Under the pieces are notes generated by a model that saw only the letters and a program-made list of their open reading frames with translations, did no database searches and was not told the DNA's origin. This document shows, in pieces, positions 17,629-24,101 of a DNA stretch of 24,743 nt. Every line of letters starts with the position of its first letter. Position 1 is the first letter of the stretch. Both the position numbers and the translations under genes were made by a program. This DNA is from a virus (lineage: Duplodnaviria; Caudoviricetes), in IMG/VR virus record IMGVR_UViG_3300025653_000247, positions 1 to 24,743 of that record; one strand, written 5' to 3'.

Positions 17629-17969
17629 TACCTAGTCACCTCTGGGGTTACAGTAAATTTACCTTCTACTAGTCTTGTTACCGTGCTGCCAACTACTAAC
17701 TCTAAGTCATAAACATAACTTCCTGGAACTAGATCTTGGGTAGTAGTTGCATCAATAACAATGTCAATTGTTCCTGCGCTGCCACCAAGCGTAATGCCAT
17801 CGTTATCTGTAAGATTAACTACAAAATCATCTGAATAATGATATTCACGAACCTGGAGCCTTGCTTCATACCCTGTCAAATCCACAGGGGAGTCATCAAT
17901 TTTATAAGTAAGAGTACGAGTAAACGTGCTTCCCTGGGGACATAAAAAATTAGCTTTGCCTGGGGTCAT
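17628..17969 (-). CDS. BppU-N-like Ig-fold baseplate/fibre attachment protein
   Basis: QGSTF...PVDLTGYEARLQVR...YVYDLEL......RLVEGKFTVTPEVTR; TAATG overlap with the next gene. Confidence 0.8.
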   Translation of the reverse strand: MTPGKANFLCPQGSTFTRTLTYKIDDSPVDLTGYEARLQVREYHYSDDFVVNLTDNDGITLGGSAGTIDIVIDATTTQDLVPGSYVYDLELVVGSTVTRLVEGKFTVTPEVTR

Positions 17970-18001
17970 TTAGCGGCACTCCTATTTATATTTCTAATTA
18001 G

Positions 18002-18010
18002 ATTATAACA
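18002..18010 (-). promoter_or_regulatory. Extended -10 promoter TGTTATAAT
   Basis: Variant of the TGATATAAT motif, upstream of AGGAG and ATG 17969. Confidence 0.65.
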
Positions 18011-18289
18011 TTAGTTATCAAGGTGCCATTGAATATGGTCGTCTACTTTTTCCCTGATGTTCTTAGCATCATCTTTAATTTCTTCTTGAGCTTTCTCAAT
18101 TCTATTGATAGCATCTCTCATAGAAGACCCACCATTAGGATGAAGTTCTTGATTTATTTTTTCTAACTTATCTGCCATTTTTTTAAAGAATAATTTATAT
18201 GCAATGGCCCCAACGCCTGAGATTGCAATGATTGCGGCAGATATTTGGCCTAACATTATTACCAGATCGTCTATTTGCGGCGTATCCAT
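18011..18289 (-). CDS. Single-TM coiled-coil membrane protein (actinophage lysis-region type)
   Basis: N-terminal TM helix; ELHPNGGSSMRDAINRIE; C-terminal DDHIQWH. Confidence 0.7.
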   Translation of the reverse strand: MDTPQIDDLVIMLGQISAAIIAISGVGAIAYKLFFKKMADKLEKINQELHPNGGSSMRDAINRIEKAQEEIKDDAKNIREKVDDHIQWHLDN

Positions 18290-18419
18290 ATTCAGTTGTA
18301 AATTCTCCCCAAAAGATTTATAACTATTTTATCACATTGTTAAATGTATTGACTATGTTATGCAACGATGGTAAAATATATTTATTGCAGGCCGCTGTTA
18401 AATATGGATGGGAGTAAAA

Positions 18420-18638
18420 ATGAAAACTATGGAAAAACAAAAAACTCGGACACTCAGTATACAAGATAGGTGTGATCGTTGCAATGCCCAGGCTTGGGTG
18501 GAAGCAAAGGGTATAGAAGGAAGTCTATTATTTTGTGGCCATGACTTTACAAAGCATGAGGAAGCCCTGTATAATTGGGCATACGAAATTGTAGATGAAA
18601 GAGAATTTATAAACGAAAAGTCCCAGTCAAGTGCATAG
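18420..18638 (+). CDS. Small Zn-binding protein of a family conserved in Actinobacteria
   Basis: LSIQDRCDRCNAQAWV.......LLFCGH....HEEAL; GGAG RBS before ATG 18420. Confidence 0.75.
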   Translation: MKTMEKQKTRTLSIQDRCDRCNAQAWVEAKGIEGSLLFCGHDFTKHEEALYNWAYEIVDEREFINEKSQSSA

Positions 18639-18650
18639 GTCGTAAGACCT

Positions 18651-18722
18651 TGGCGTGTGGCGCAATGGCAGCGCAATCGGCTGTTAACCGATGGGTTGTA
18701 GGTTCGAATCCTACCACGCCAG
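18651..18722 (+). tRNA. tRNA-Asn(GTT)
   Basis: Acceptor TGGCGTG/CACGCCA; anticodon arm ATCGG-CTGTTAA-CCGAT; GGTTCGAATCC; CCA not encoded. Confidence 0.95.
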
Positions 18723-18725
18723 CTA

Positions 18726-18770
18726 GGGGAGGCAGCGACTCCACCCACCACCCATCCCCGCTGTCTCCCC
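18726..18770 (+). other. 12-bp GC-rich hairpin with 21-nt C-rich loop between two tRNAs
   Basis: GGGGAGGCAGCG-actccacccaccacccatccc-CGCTGTCTCCCC, with one G-U pair. Confidence 0.7.
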
Positions 18771-18774
18771 GTTC

Positions 18775-18846
18775 GCCTCAATAGCTCAGGGGTAGAGCAC
18801 TCGCCTTGTAAGCGAGCGGTCAACAGTTCAAATCTGTTTTGAGGCT
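18775..18846 (+). tRNA. tRNA-Thr(TGT)
   Basis: Acceptor GCCTCAA/TTGAGGC; CTCGC-CTTGTAA-GCGAG; AACAG-TTCAAAT-CTGTT. Confidence 0.95.
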
Positions 18847-18857
18847 CAGGAGGAGAT

Positions 18858-19040
18858 ATGCCAACATATACATATTCCTGCAATAAATGCGGGGTACAAG
18901 AAATATATCAATCTATAACTGAAAATAACTTGACAAAGTGCCCCATATGCGATAGCATACATTTCAATAAAATATATAATGCTGTTGGAGTACAATTCAA
19001 GGGTAAAGGATTTTACTCCACCGACACAAGAAAGAAGTAG
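18858..19040 (+). CDS. FmdB-family zinc-ribbon protein
   Basis: MPTYTYSCNKCG...CPICDS...VGVQFKGKGFYSTD. Confidence 0.9.
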   Translation: MPTYTYSCNKCGVQEIYQSITENNLTKCPICDSIHFNKIYNAVGVQFKGKGFYSTDTRKK

Positions 19041-19043
19041 GGG

Positions 19044-19238
19044 ATGGATAAAGAAATATATTACGAAGTAATTACCGCCTTAGAAAAACTCAATGAGGTA
19101 TATGACCACATTGATAATGCTATGAATATGGCAAAAGCAGGATCTTTTCTTCAAGACACCCTTCATGTTGCACAACGCAATATTGCAACAACACATATTA
19201 AATTAGAAGTTGCTAGAGATCTAACAGAAACTATATAA
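19044..19238 (+). CDS. Hypothetical helical protein
   Basis: Fills the gap between the FmdB gene and tRNA-Arg, co-oriented. Confidence 0.7.
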   Translation: MDKEIYYEVITALEKLNEVYDHIDNAMNMAKAGSFLQDTLHVAQRNIATTHIKLEVARDLTETI

Positions 19239-19246
19239 TGACACTT

Positions 19247-19319
19247 GCCCTTGTAGCTCAGAGGATAGAGCGTCGGACTTCTAATCCGTTGGTCGCAGGT
19301 TCGACTCCTGCCAAGGGCG
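19247..19319 (+). tRNA. tRNA-Arg(TCT)
   Basis: Acceptor GCCCTTG/CAAGGGC; CGGA-CTTCTAA-TCCG; GCAGG-TTCGACT-CCTGC; TATAAT just upstream. Confidence 0.95.
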
Positions 19320-19323
19320 CGTA

Positions 19324-19488
19324 ATGCCTAAAAAGAAAAGGAAGATAGAAGATGATTGGCCGATTCCAACGCCTGAAAGACAACTTACTACCCCCTCAGG
19401 ATGGTGTTCTACTGGGCATCATAGTGATTGTAGGTACAGTTTCTCTTTTGGAAAATGTGGTTGCACCTGCCATAAGAAGAATGTATAA
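19324..19488 (+). CDS. 54-aa Cys/His-rich small protein (below the ORF-track cutoff)
   Basis: MPKKKRKIEDDWPIPTPERQLTTPSGWCSTGHHSDCRYSFSFGKCGCTCHKKNV. Confidence 0.7.
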   Translation: MPKKKRKIEDDWPIPTPERQLTTPSGWCSTGHHSDCRYSFSFGKCGCTCHKKNV

Positions 19489-19499
19489 TGGTAAATGAC

Positions 19500-19762
19500 G
19501 GGGCCGAATTAGATTCGATTTCGTTGGAAGACTATCTTGGCAACTAACTAAATATAAACGGCAAGACACAAAACGCCTACGCACTAGCTGTATAAACAAG
19601 TCGCAGAAGTGCCGCCTTCTAGACAGGTGGGAACAGAAGTCTAGGTTGGATAATCCAGCAATTGCAGGTCGGAAACCAAAATTGCTACAAACAAATTAAT
19701 ATGGTTGTATATCTAAGATAGAGGGAAAACGAAAGACCAGGGTGCAACTCCCTGCGGCTCCA
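19500..19762 (+). ncRNA. ssrA: tmRNA, tag (A)GKTQNAYALAV* at 19560-19595
   Basis: GGGGCCG/CGGCTCC-A acceptor with G3-U wobble; GATTCGA; T-arm CAGGG-TGCAACT-CCCTG; ATAAAC before the resume codon; YALA motif; TATAAT upstream. Confidence 0.92.
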
Positions 19763-19778
19763 CAACAGAAAGGTAGTA

Positions 19779-20471
19779 ATGAAAAAAGTATTAGATCATG
19801 GATATGTTCGCACAGTAAACACCATGGGTAGTGATTTAGATGTTGTTAATGCTGCCCGTGCCTCTTTTGATAAAGAAATTCAAGAGTTAGATAGTAGAGA
19901 TCAAAAGCTTATTGGTTTTCTTGTCAAGCACAAGCATGATTCAGTATTACGACATTGTGCCATGACATTTGAAGTCTATGCACCGTTGATGATTGCTAGA
20001 CAATGGTACAAGCACGCTGTTGCCTCTACTCACCTTGACGATCAAATGGGGTGGAATGAGTCCTCTCGTAGGTATGTCACAGAAAATGAAGAGTTTTACA
20101 TCCCTGGCGTTAATCAATGGAGAAGTTCGCCTGAAAATCGCAAGCAGGGCAGCGGAGAACCCGTAGAAGACTTTCTTGGTGCAAAATATACCAGAAGAAT
20201 GCAAAAGCTTGTCCAGGAGGCTCACGACCTTTATAGAGAGGCAATGATGGATGGTGTTGCTCCAGAGCAGGCACGGCTTCTTCTTCCTGCCTACGCCATG
20301 TACGTTAGGTGGCGGTGGACAGCAAGCCTTAACTCACTTCTTCACTTTATATCATTACGAATGCACTCAGAAGCACAGTCTGAGATTCAGGCTTATGCAG
20401 ATGCAGTATTTATAGAGGTGCAACAGGCATTTCCTATTACAACACAAGAATGGTTGGCACACAGAGTTTAG
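19779..20471 (+). CDS. thyX: Flavin-dependent thymidylate synthase
   Basis: VLDHGYV, VVNAARASF, IARQWYKH, WNESSRRY, PEQARLLLP, LR....AQSEI. Confidence 0.96.
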   Translation: MKKVLDHGYVRTVNTMGSDLDVVNAARASFDKEIQELDSRDQKLIGFLVKHKHDSVLRHCAMTFEVYAPLMIARQWYKHAVASTHLDDQMGWNESSRRYVTENEEFYIPGVNQWRSSPENRKQGSGEPVEDFLGAKYTRRMQKLVQEAHDLYREAMMDGVAPEQARLLLPAYAMYVRWRWTASLNSLLHFISLRMHSEAQSEIQAYADAVFIEVQQAFPITTQEWLAHRV

Positions 20472-20761
20472 GCAACTCTAAACGTACCTGATTTTTCTGC
20501 AAGCATTCTTAGTTCGGCATCAGTAAGCCTACCCGTAATCGGGGTATCAATATCTTGCTGAAACTTCTTAACAGCCTTTTCCATAAATACATCGTAGCTA
20601 TAATCATCCTTATCATTAGGATGGGGGTACATGGAATGCAACACATCTTTCACAATCTTGACATGATAATTCTCTTTGCCAGGTTTAATATTAATAAGCT
20701 TAACCTGATCTAATTGTTGCCTTTGATAATTTTTAAACTCTAATGGCTCAAATGTACTCAT
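20468..20761 (-). CDS. Stand-alone peptidoglycan-binding-like (PGBD) protein
   Basis: IKPG....HVKIVKDVL...YD...EKAVKKFQ.......TG.L. Confidence 0.65.
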   Translation of the reverse strand: MSTFEPLEFKNYQRQQLDQVKLINIKPGKENYHVKIVKDVLHSMYPHPNDKDDYSYDVFMEKAVKKFQQDIDTPITGRLTDAELRMLAEKSGTFRVA

Positions 20762-20769
20762 TTAGTTAA

Positions 20770-20907
20770 TCATCCTTTACGCAGCTCTTTCGCGGCGGGT
20801 GAAATAGTACCCTTATCCATCTCCATCTTTCTTTCCTCTTCACACTTTGCACATCCATACGACTTATTAAAGTCCATATGTGCACATGTGTAGTTTATTT
20901 CCTTCAT
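20770..20907 (-). CDS. 45-aa hypothetical protein (CxH...CxxC)
   Basis: GGAG RBS then MKEINYTCAHMDFNKSYGCAKCEEE... Confidence 0.55.
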   Translation of the reverse strand: MKEINYTCAHMDFNKSYGCAKCEEERKMEMDKGTISPAAKELRKG

Positions 20908-20929
20908 GATTTCACTCCATTCAATTCCT

Positions 20930-21388
20930 TCATAAAATCTCTCCAAACTCATTTTGATAGGGGGTATCTTTGACAAGGCTTTGTATGGGGTCTGGCATGG
21001 GATCTGGCACGGGATCTGGTACAACTTCTGGTACAAGATCTGGTACAACATCTTTAATGGTTATATCGTCTAGACTCATTTGACCTTCTAGTTGTTCCTC
21101 GGACAAAGCTTCAATTTGTTCTTCTATAAAGTCATTGATATCTTCTGCAGGTTCGGGGGTAGAAATGGGGGTATTGTTAGATTCTTCAATATGTCTTGGT
21201 GCATCCTGTGAATTTTTCATTGTTCGTGAAATAGATTCACATAATAAAAAGATATTAAGACGAGTGTGTTCTTCAGGGGACATTCCACCTGTATTCATAC
21301 CCTTTTTTTGGTAATATTTCTTTACCTTGTCGTGTTCGGCTTTAATTTCATCAGCGATGAGATTACGCCAATAGCGTTCTTGGTTCAT
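20930..21388 (-). CDS. Hypothetical protein with acidic linker and (V/M)P(D/E)x repeats
   Basis: GAGGGG RBS; VPDLVPEVVPDPVPDPMPDP from 12-nt repeats at about 20990-21050. Confidence 0.75.
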   Translation of the reverse strand: MNQERYWRNLIADEIKAEHDKVKKYYQKKGMNTGGMSPEEHTRLNIFLLCESISRTMKNSQDAPRHIEESNNTPISTPEPAEDINDFIEEQIEALSEEQLEGQMSLDDITIKDVVPDLVPEVVPDPVPDPMPDPIQSLVKDTPYQNEFGEIL

Positions 21389-21422
21389 TTTTTACCCCTC
21401 GTTTCTATAGTACCATTGTACT

Positions 21423-21608
21423 ATGGATGATTACACCGATATTGAAAAGTCTATGGAGAACTACTATCGCCAGCTAATAGCTGACGATATTGATAATTCT
21501 TTATACCGTCGCAATAGCCCTGAATCTATATCAGATGAACAGATCTATTGGTTTAATAATGGAATGCGTATGGCTGCAATGATTGCTAGATATGGCGATT
21601 TTGAATAA
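21423..21608 (+). CDS. Hypothetical protein
   Basis: YYRQLIADDI...GMRMAAMIARYG; shares a motif with the divergent neighbour. Confidence 0.65.
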   Translation: MDDYTDIEKSMENYYRQLIADDIDNSLYRRNSPESISDEQIYWFNNGMRMAAMIARYGDFE

Positions 21609-21711
21609 ATTTTAATAATTTTTTGTGGAGCCTATTTTTTGTATACCCCGCATTTCCAATTTTGAGAAAATTTTAATATTTTGGAGATGTGTACGGTGCG
21701 GCATACAGTAA

Positions 21712-21737
21712 GAGCGCACTTTTTTATTAGTGCGCCC
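21712..21737 (-). terminator. Hairpin closing the right-hand minus-strand gene block
   Basis: GGGCGCACT-aataaaaa-AGTGCGCTC, 11 nt after the stop at 21749. Confidence 0.45.
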
Positions 21738-21748
21738 ATACCATAGTT

Positions 21749-21964
21749 TTACTGCAAAGGTTGCCAAGTGTAAAGATAGTCACCATTCTTATCAATAAAT
21801 GGGCAATCATTTCGTAATGCCAATTCCCAATCTTGTGATGCTTGATAGTCTGCACAAGTTGGATTGGGTTGTGTTTCTATTGCACCCGCGATGCCAATCA
21901 GTGCAAGCAAGCAAAGCACAAAGAAAGTACCGACAACAAACTCACCACGCTTGGTTAGTTTCAT
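21749..21964 (-). CDS. Small membrane protein
   Basis: MKLTKRGEFVVGTFFVLCLLALIGIAGAIE; TAATG coupling places the start at 21964. Confidence 0.75.
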   Translation of the reverse strand: MKLTKRGEFVVGTFFVLCLLALIGIAGAIETQPNPTCADYQASQDWELALRNDCPFIDKNGDYLYTWQPLQ

Positions 21965-22221
21965 TAGACTAGACCCTTCTGCATGAGATCGAATTCGATA
22001 TCTACCGCTGCATTCTCCCAAGTGTCAGGGACTAGAACGGTAACCATTTCATCAACGGGAATGTTGATAACTTGATTGTCTTTGATTGACTTTGCATACA
22101 CATAGTCAAGATCCCAATCAACAATCTCGAAAGGGTATTCAGTAGTACCCACGCGAACATCGAAAGTATCGGGAAGGTCGATAGCCTTCATGGTCTTGAT
22201 TTGCTTTACTGATTCGATCAT
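21964..22221 (-). CDS. Hypothetical protein (small beta-barrel-like)
   Basis: Directly downstream of a repeated promoter motif and a purine-rich leader. Confidence 0.75.
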   Translation of the reverse strand: MIESVKQIKTMKAIDLPDTFDVRVGTTEYPFEIVDWDLDYVYAKSIKDNQVINIPVDEMVTVLVPDTWENAAVDIEFDLMQKGLV

Positions 22222-22249
22222 CTTTCTATCTTTCTACTAGGTTAGTTGG

Positions 22250-22271
22250 ACAATACCATGGGGGTCTGACA
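22250..22271 (-). promoter_or_regulatory. Repeated early-type promoter, copy 1
   Basis: TGTCAGACCCCCATGGTATTGT. Confidence 0.8.
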
Positions 22272-22409
22272 CTACCCCCGATGGGGGCAGTATTGAGGAT
22301 CATGCCTATTCAGACACCCTGAGCAGTAGGTGGTGTCGAAAGCCTCTTCGACAACCTTTGCGTAGTTGGCAACCGCTAGGGCGATTGCGTTTGCTTTGCG
22401 TGTAGCCAT
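22272..22409 (-). CDS. 45-aa Cys/His small protein
   Basis: MATRKANAIALAVANYAKVVEEAFDTTYCSGCLNRHDPQYCPHRG, after an AGGTGG RBS. Confidence 0.7.
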   Translation of the reverse strand: MATRKANAIALAVANYAKVVEEAFDTTYCSGCLNRHDPQYCPHRG

Positions 22410-22442
22410 TGTGACCACCTAACCTTTCTTTCTATGTCTCCG

Positions 22443-22464
22443 ACTCTACCATAGGGGTCTGACA
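22443..22464 (-). promoter_or_regulatory. Repeated early-type promoter, copy 2
   Basis: TGTCAGACCCCTATGGTAGAGT. Confidence 0.8.
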
Positions 22465-22536
22465 TTGGGCCTCGCTAGAATACCTACAAATACTACCAAT
22501 TCGGACATTTGCGAATGTCACAGTATTGTCGCAAAG

Positions 22537-22580
22537 ATATCCACAAAGTTATCAACAGTTGTGGACAAGGTTGTGGATAA
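22537..22580. promoter_or_regulatory. Cluster of four DnaA-box-like 9-mers
   Basis: ATATCCACA (+, 22537), TTATCAACA (+, 22549), TTGTCCACA (-, 22560-22568), TTATCCACA (-, 22572-22580). Confidence 0.75.
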
Positions 22581-22663
22581 CGCCGCGCCCCATCGTTACC
22601 CTATTGTTACGAAGGTTACGAAATATCCTGGGTTTTTTTGGAAAGCTGAAAAACCCTTTATTA

Positions 22664-22942
22664 TCAACGGATTTTCGATACCGCGTGGTGCGTTAGAAAG
22701 TTTGCTAACACTTCCTTGGGAATGTAGCGATAGACTCTTGTCTCCCCTGCCTCTGGCTCTGCGTAAGGCTCAAACTCTCCCATGAGATCCGTTACCCACT
22801 CACCCTCAAAAAAGAATGCAGCCTCATAGTGATTGGTGTCTAATGGTTCGATGAAGAAACTAATCTCGTCTGCTTGCACATGATCCAAGCGGGTACGGCG
22901 TGGGTTACCAATGTATCCTAACTTGCCAAAGTTCTCAGACAT
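22664..22942 (-). CDS. Hypothetical protein
   Basis: MSENFGKLGYIGNP...VYRYIPKEVLANFL; overlaps the upstream stop. Confidence 0.7.
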   Translation of the reverse strand: MSENFGKLGYIGNPRRTRLDHVQADEISFFIEPLDTNHYEAAFFFEGEWVTDLMGEFEPYAEPEAGETRVYRYIPKEVLANFLTHHAVSKIR

Positions 22943-23165
22943 TTGCGCTCTCTCTCTTTGCTTTTGCCTTTGCACGACGAACCTCGTTTCGTGCTGATGG
23001 TGGGCGGTATCCGTTGCGACTACGTTCTAACCTTGCTGCATATGATGGAAGGCTCTTGTAGCAATTTTTGCACCAAATATCTAGGCCAAATGGCTTTGAC
23101 TTATTCTTCCAGAATTCGCTAACAGGAAGATCCTCGCCGCAATGCTGGCAATTATGCGTCAGCAT
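22935..23165 (-). CDS. Zinc-finger, basic protein
   Basis: CQHCGEDLPVSEFWKNKSKPFGLDIWCKNC, a phage CxxC...CxxC motif; GAGGAGAAGG RBS. Confidence 0.75.
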   Translation of the reverse strand: MLTHNCQHCGEDLPVSEFWKNKSKPFGLDIWCKNCYKSLPSYAARLERSRNGYRPPSARNEVRRAKAKAKRESANV

Positions 23166-23388
23166 ATTCCTTCTCCTCAAAGTAGTAGTCAATGAAGTTT
23201 ACAGCAGCATCTAGAAAGTCTGCCATGTTGGGATTGTTCTTCTCCCATGCGAAGGAGAACTCATCTACAATACGTCCCCCGCCGTTGTAGCAGTAGGCAT
23301 AGTGGGTCTTCTTGAGCCATTCGATATGCTCACCAAAGGGCAACCCGTGAATGGTAACGGTGTCGCGGTCTGTGGTCATTGTCAGCAT
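23152..23388 (-). CDS. Hypothetical protein
   Basis: AAAGGA RBS and ATG 23388 directly behind promoter copy 3. Confidence 0.75.
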   Translation of the reverse strand: MLTMTTDRDTVTIHGLPFGEHIEWLKKTHYAYCYNGGGRIVDEFSFAWEKNNPNMADFLDAAVNFIDYYFEEKEYADA

Positions 23389-23411
23389 GTGCTTTCCTTT
23401 CGTTTGATCTG

Positions 23412-23433
23412 ATCCTAGCATGGGGGTCTGACA
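23412..23433 (-). promoter_or_regulatory. Repeated early-type promoter, copy 3
   Basis: TGTCAGACCCCCATGCTAGGAT. Confidence 0.8.
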
Positions 23434-23438
23434 CTCGC

Positions 23439-23576
23439 CTAGTGGCGGGTGCAGAATGAATGCCCACGGCGGCACTCAAAGTATTCATCGCACATTTCGC
23501 AAATGTTGCGGTAGCCATACTGAGGAACGAACTCCTTCTTGCAATGAACGCAGAAGCCCTTGTTATCGTTGGTCAT
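23439..23576 (-). CDS. 45-aa Cys-rich protein
   Basis: AAAGGAG RBS; MTNDNKGFCVHCKKEF...ICEMCDEYFECRRGHSFCTRH. Confidence 0.7.
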   Translation of the reverse strand: MTNDNKGFCVHCKKEFVPQYGYRNICEMCDEYFECRRGHSFCTRH

Positions 23577-23608
23577 CGTCGCCAACTCCTTTCGATTTCG
23601 ATACCCCG

Positions 23609-23650
23609 ACCTTATCATATGGGTCTGATATTTGTCAAGACTATTTGACA
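23609..23650 (-). promoter_or_regulatory. Repeated early-type promoter, copy 4, with TTGACA -35 inside a TGTCAA-N6-TTGACA palindrome
   Basis: TTGACA-aa-TATCAGACCCATATGATAAGGT, giving an 18-nt spacer. Confidence 0.75.
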
Positions 23651-23698
23651 TATTTATTGTAACAATTTGATAACGGGGCGCGGCCCTTTCAGCTCTTG

Positions 23699-23860
23699 TT
23701 ACGAATGGTTACGAATTTCCCTGAGTTTCCAAATACAATCTGCAAGGTCTGACATGATTGCAAGTGTTTCGTTGTCATGTATTTCGAACAATGCTCTGAT
23801 TGCTTCATCAATGTTGTTGATTGCAATTCTAAGATTTGCGTCCCTGTTTATTTCTTTCAT
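23699..23860 (-). CDS. 53-aa hypothetical helical protein
   Basis: MKEINRDANLRIAINNIDEAIRALFEIHDNETLAIMSDLADCIWKLREIRNHS; ATGA coupling. Confidence 0.65.
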   Translation of the reverse strand: MKEINRDANLRIAINNIDEAIRALFEIHDNETLAIMSDLADCIWKLREIRNHS

Positions 23861-23955
23861 ATTTGTCTCACCGCCTCCACAAAAAACAAAATAAAAATAA
23901 TAATAGAGGGTACAAGAACAAGCATGTAGATAAAAAAGTTTGGATCGTCGTTCAC
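23857..23955 (-). CDS. 32-aa single-TM microprotein
   Basis: GTG start; MNDDPNFFIYMLVLVPSIIIFILFFVEAVRQI; coupled by GTGA and ATGA overlaps on both sides. Confidence 0.6.
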   Translation of the reverse strand: MNDDPNFFIYMLVLVPSIIIFILFFVEAVRQI

Positions 23956-24101
23956 TTGTTCACCTTATACATACACTCCAACACTTCACCTACACATGCC
24001 TCAACATGATTGTAATCACCATCAGACAATGCAAGTGCAGCACGCTTGAGATTATTCATTGCAATAAATTCATAGTCATTTAGTTCTAGATTAGATCTCA
24101 T
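23952..24101 (-). CDS. 49-aa hypothetical protein
   Basis: AGGAGG RBS before ATG 24101 (MRSNLELND...). Confidence 0.65.
   Translation of the reverse strand: MRSNLELNDYEFIAMNNLKRAALALSDGDYNHVEACVGEVLECMYKVNK

Noticed and set aside
18398-18883. 161-aa minus-strand ORF
   Set aside because: Antisense to two tRNAs and a recognisable CDS.
19324-19347. MPKKKRKI resembles the SV40 nuclear localisation signal
   Set aside because: Short basic stretch in a bacteriophage context; most likely coincidence.
19396-19599. 67-aa minus-strand ORF
   Set aside because: Antisense to the tmRNA and the 54-aa gene.
20908-21051. N-terminal extension LYQILYQKLYQIPCQ of ORF 20770-21051
   Set aside because: Off-frame reading of the VPDP repeat; the RBS supports a start at 20907.
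22465-22785. 106-aa plus-strand ORF
   Set aside because: Spans the DnaA-box region against the local gene direction and has no RBS.
23746-23754. GGTCTGACA partial match to the early promoter motif
   Set aside because: Inside a CDS (MSDL) and lacks the CCCYATG and -10 part.
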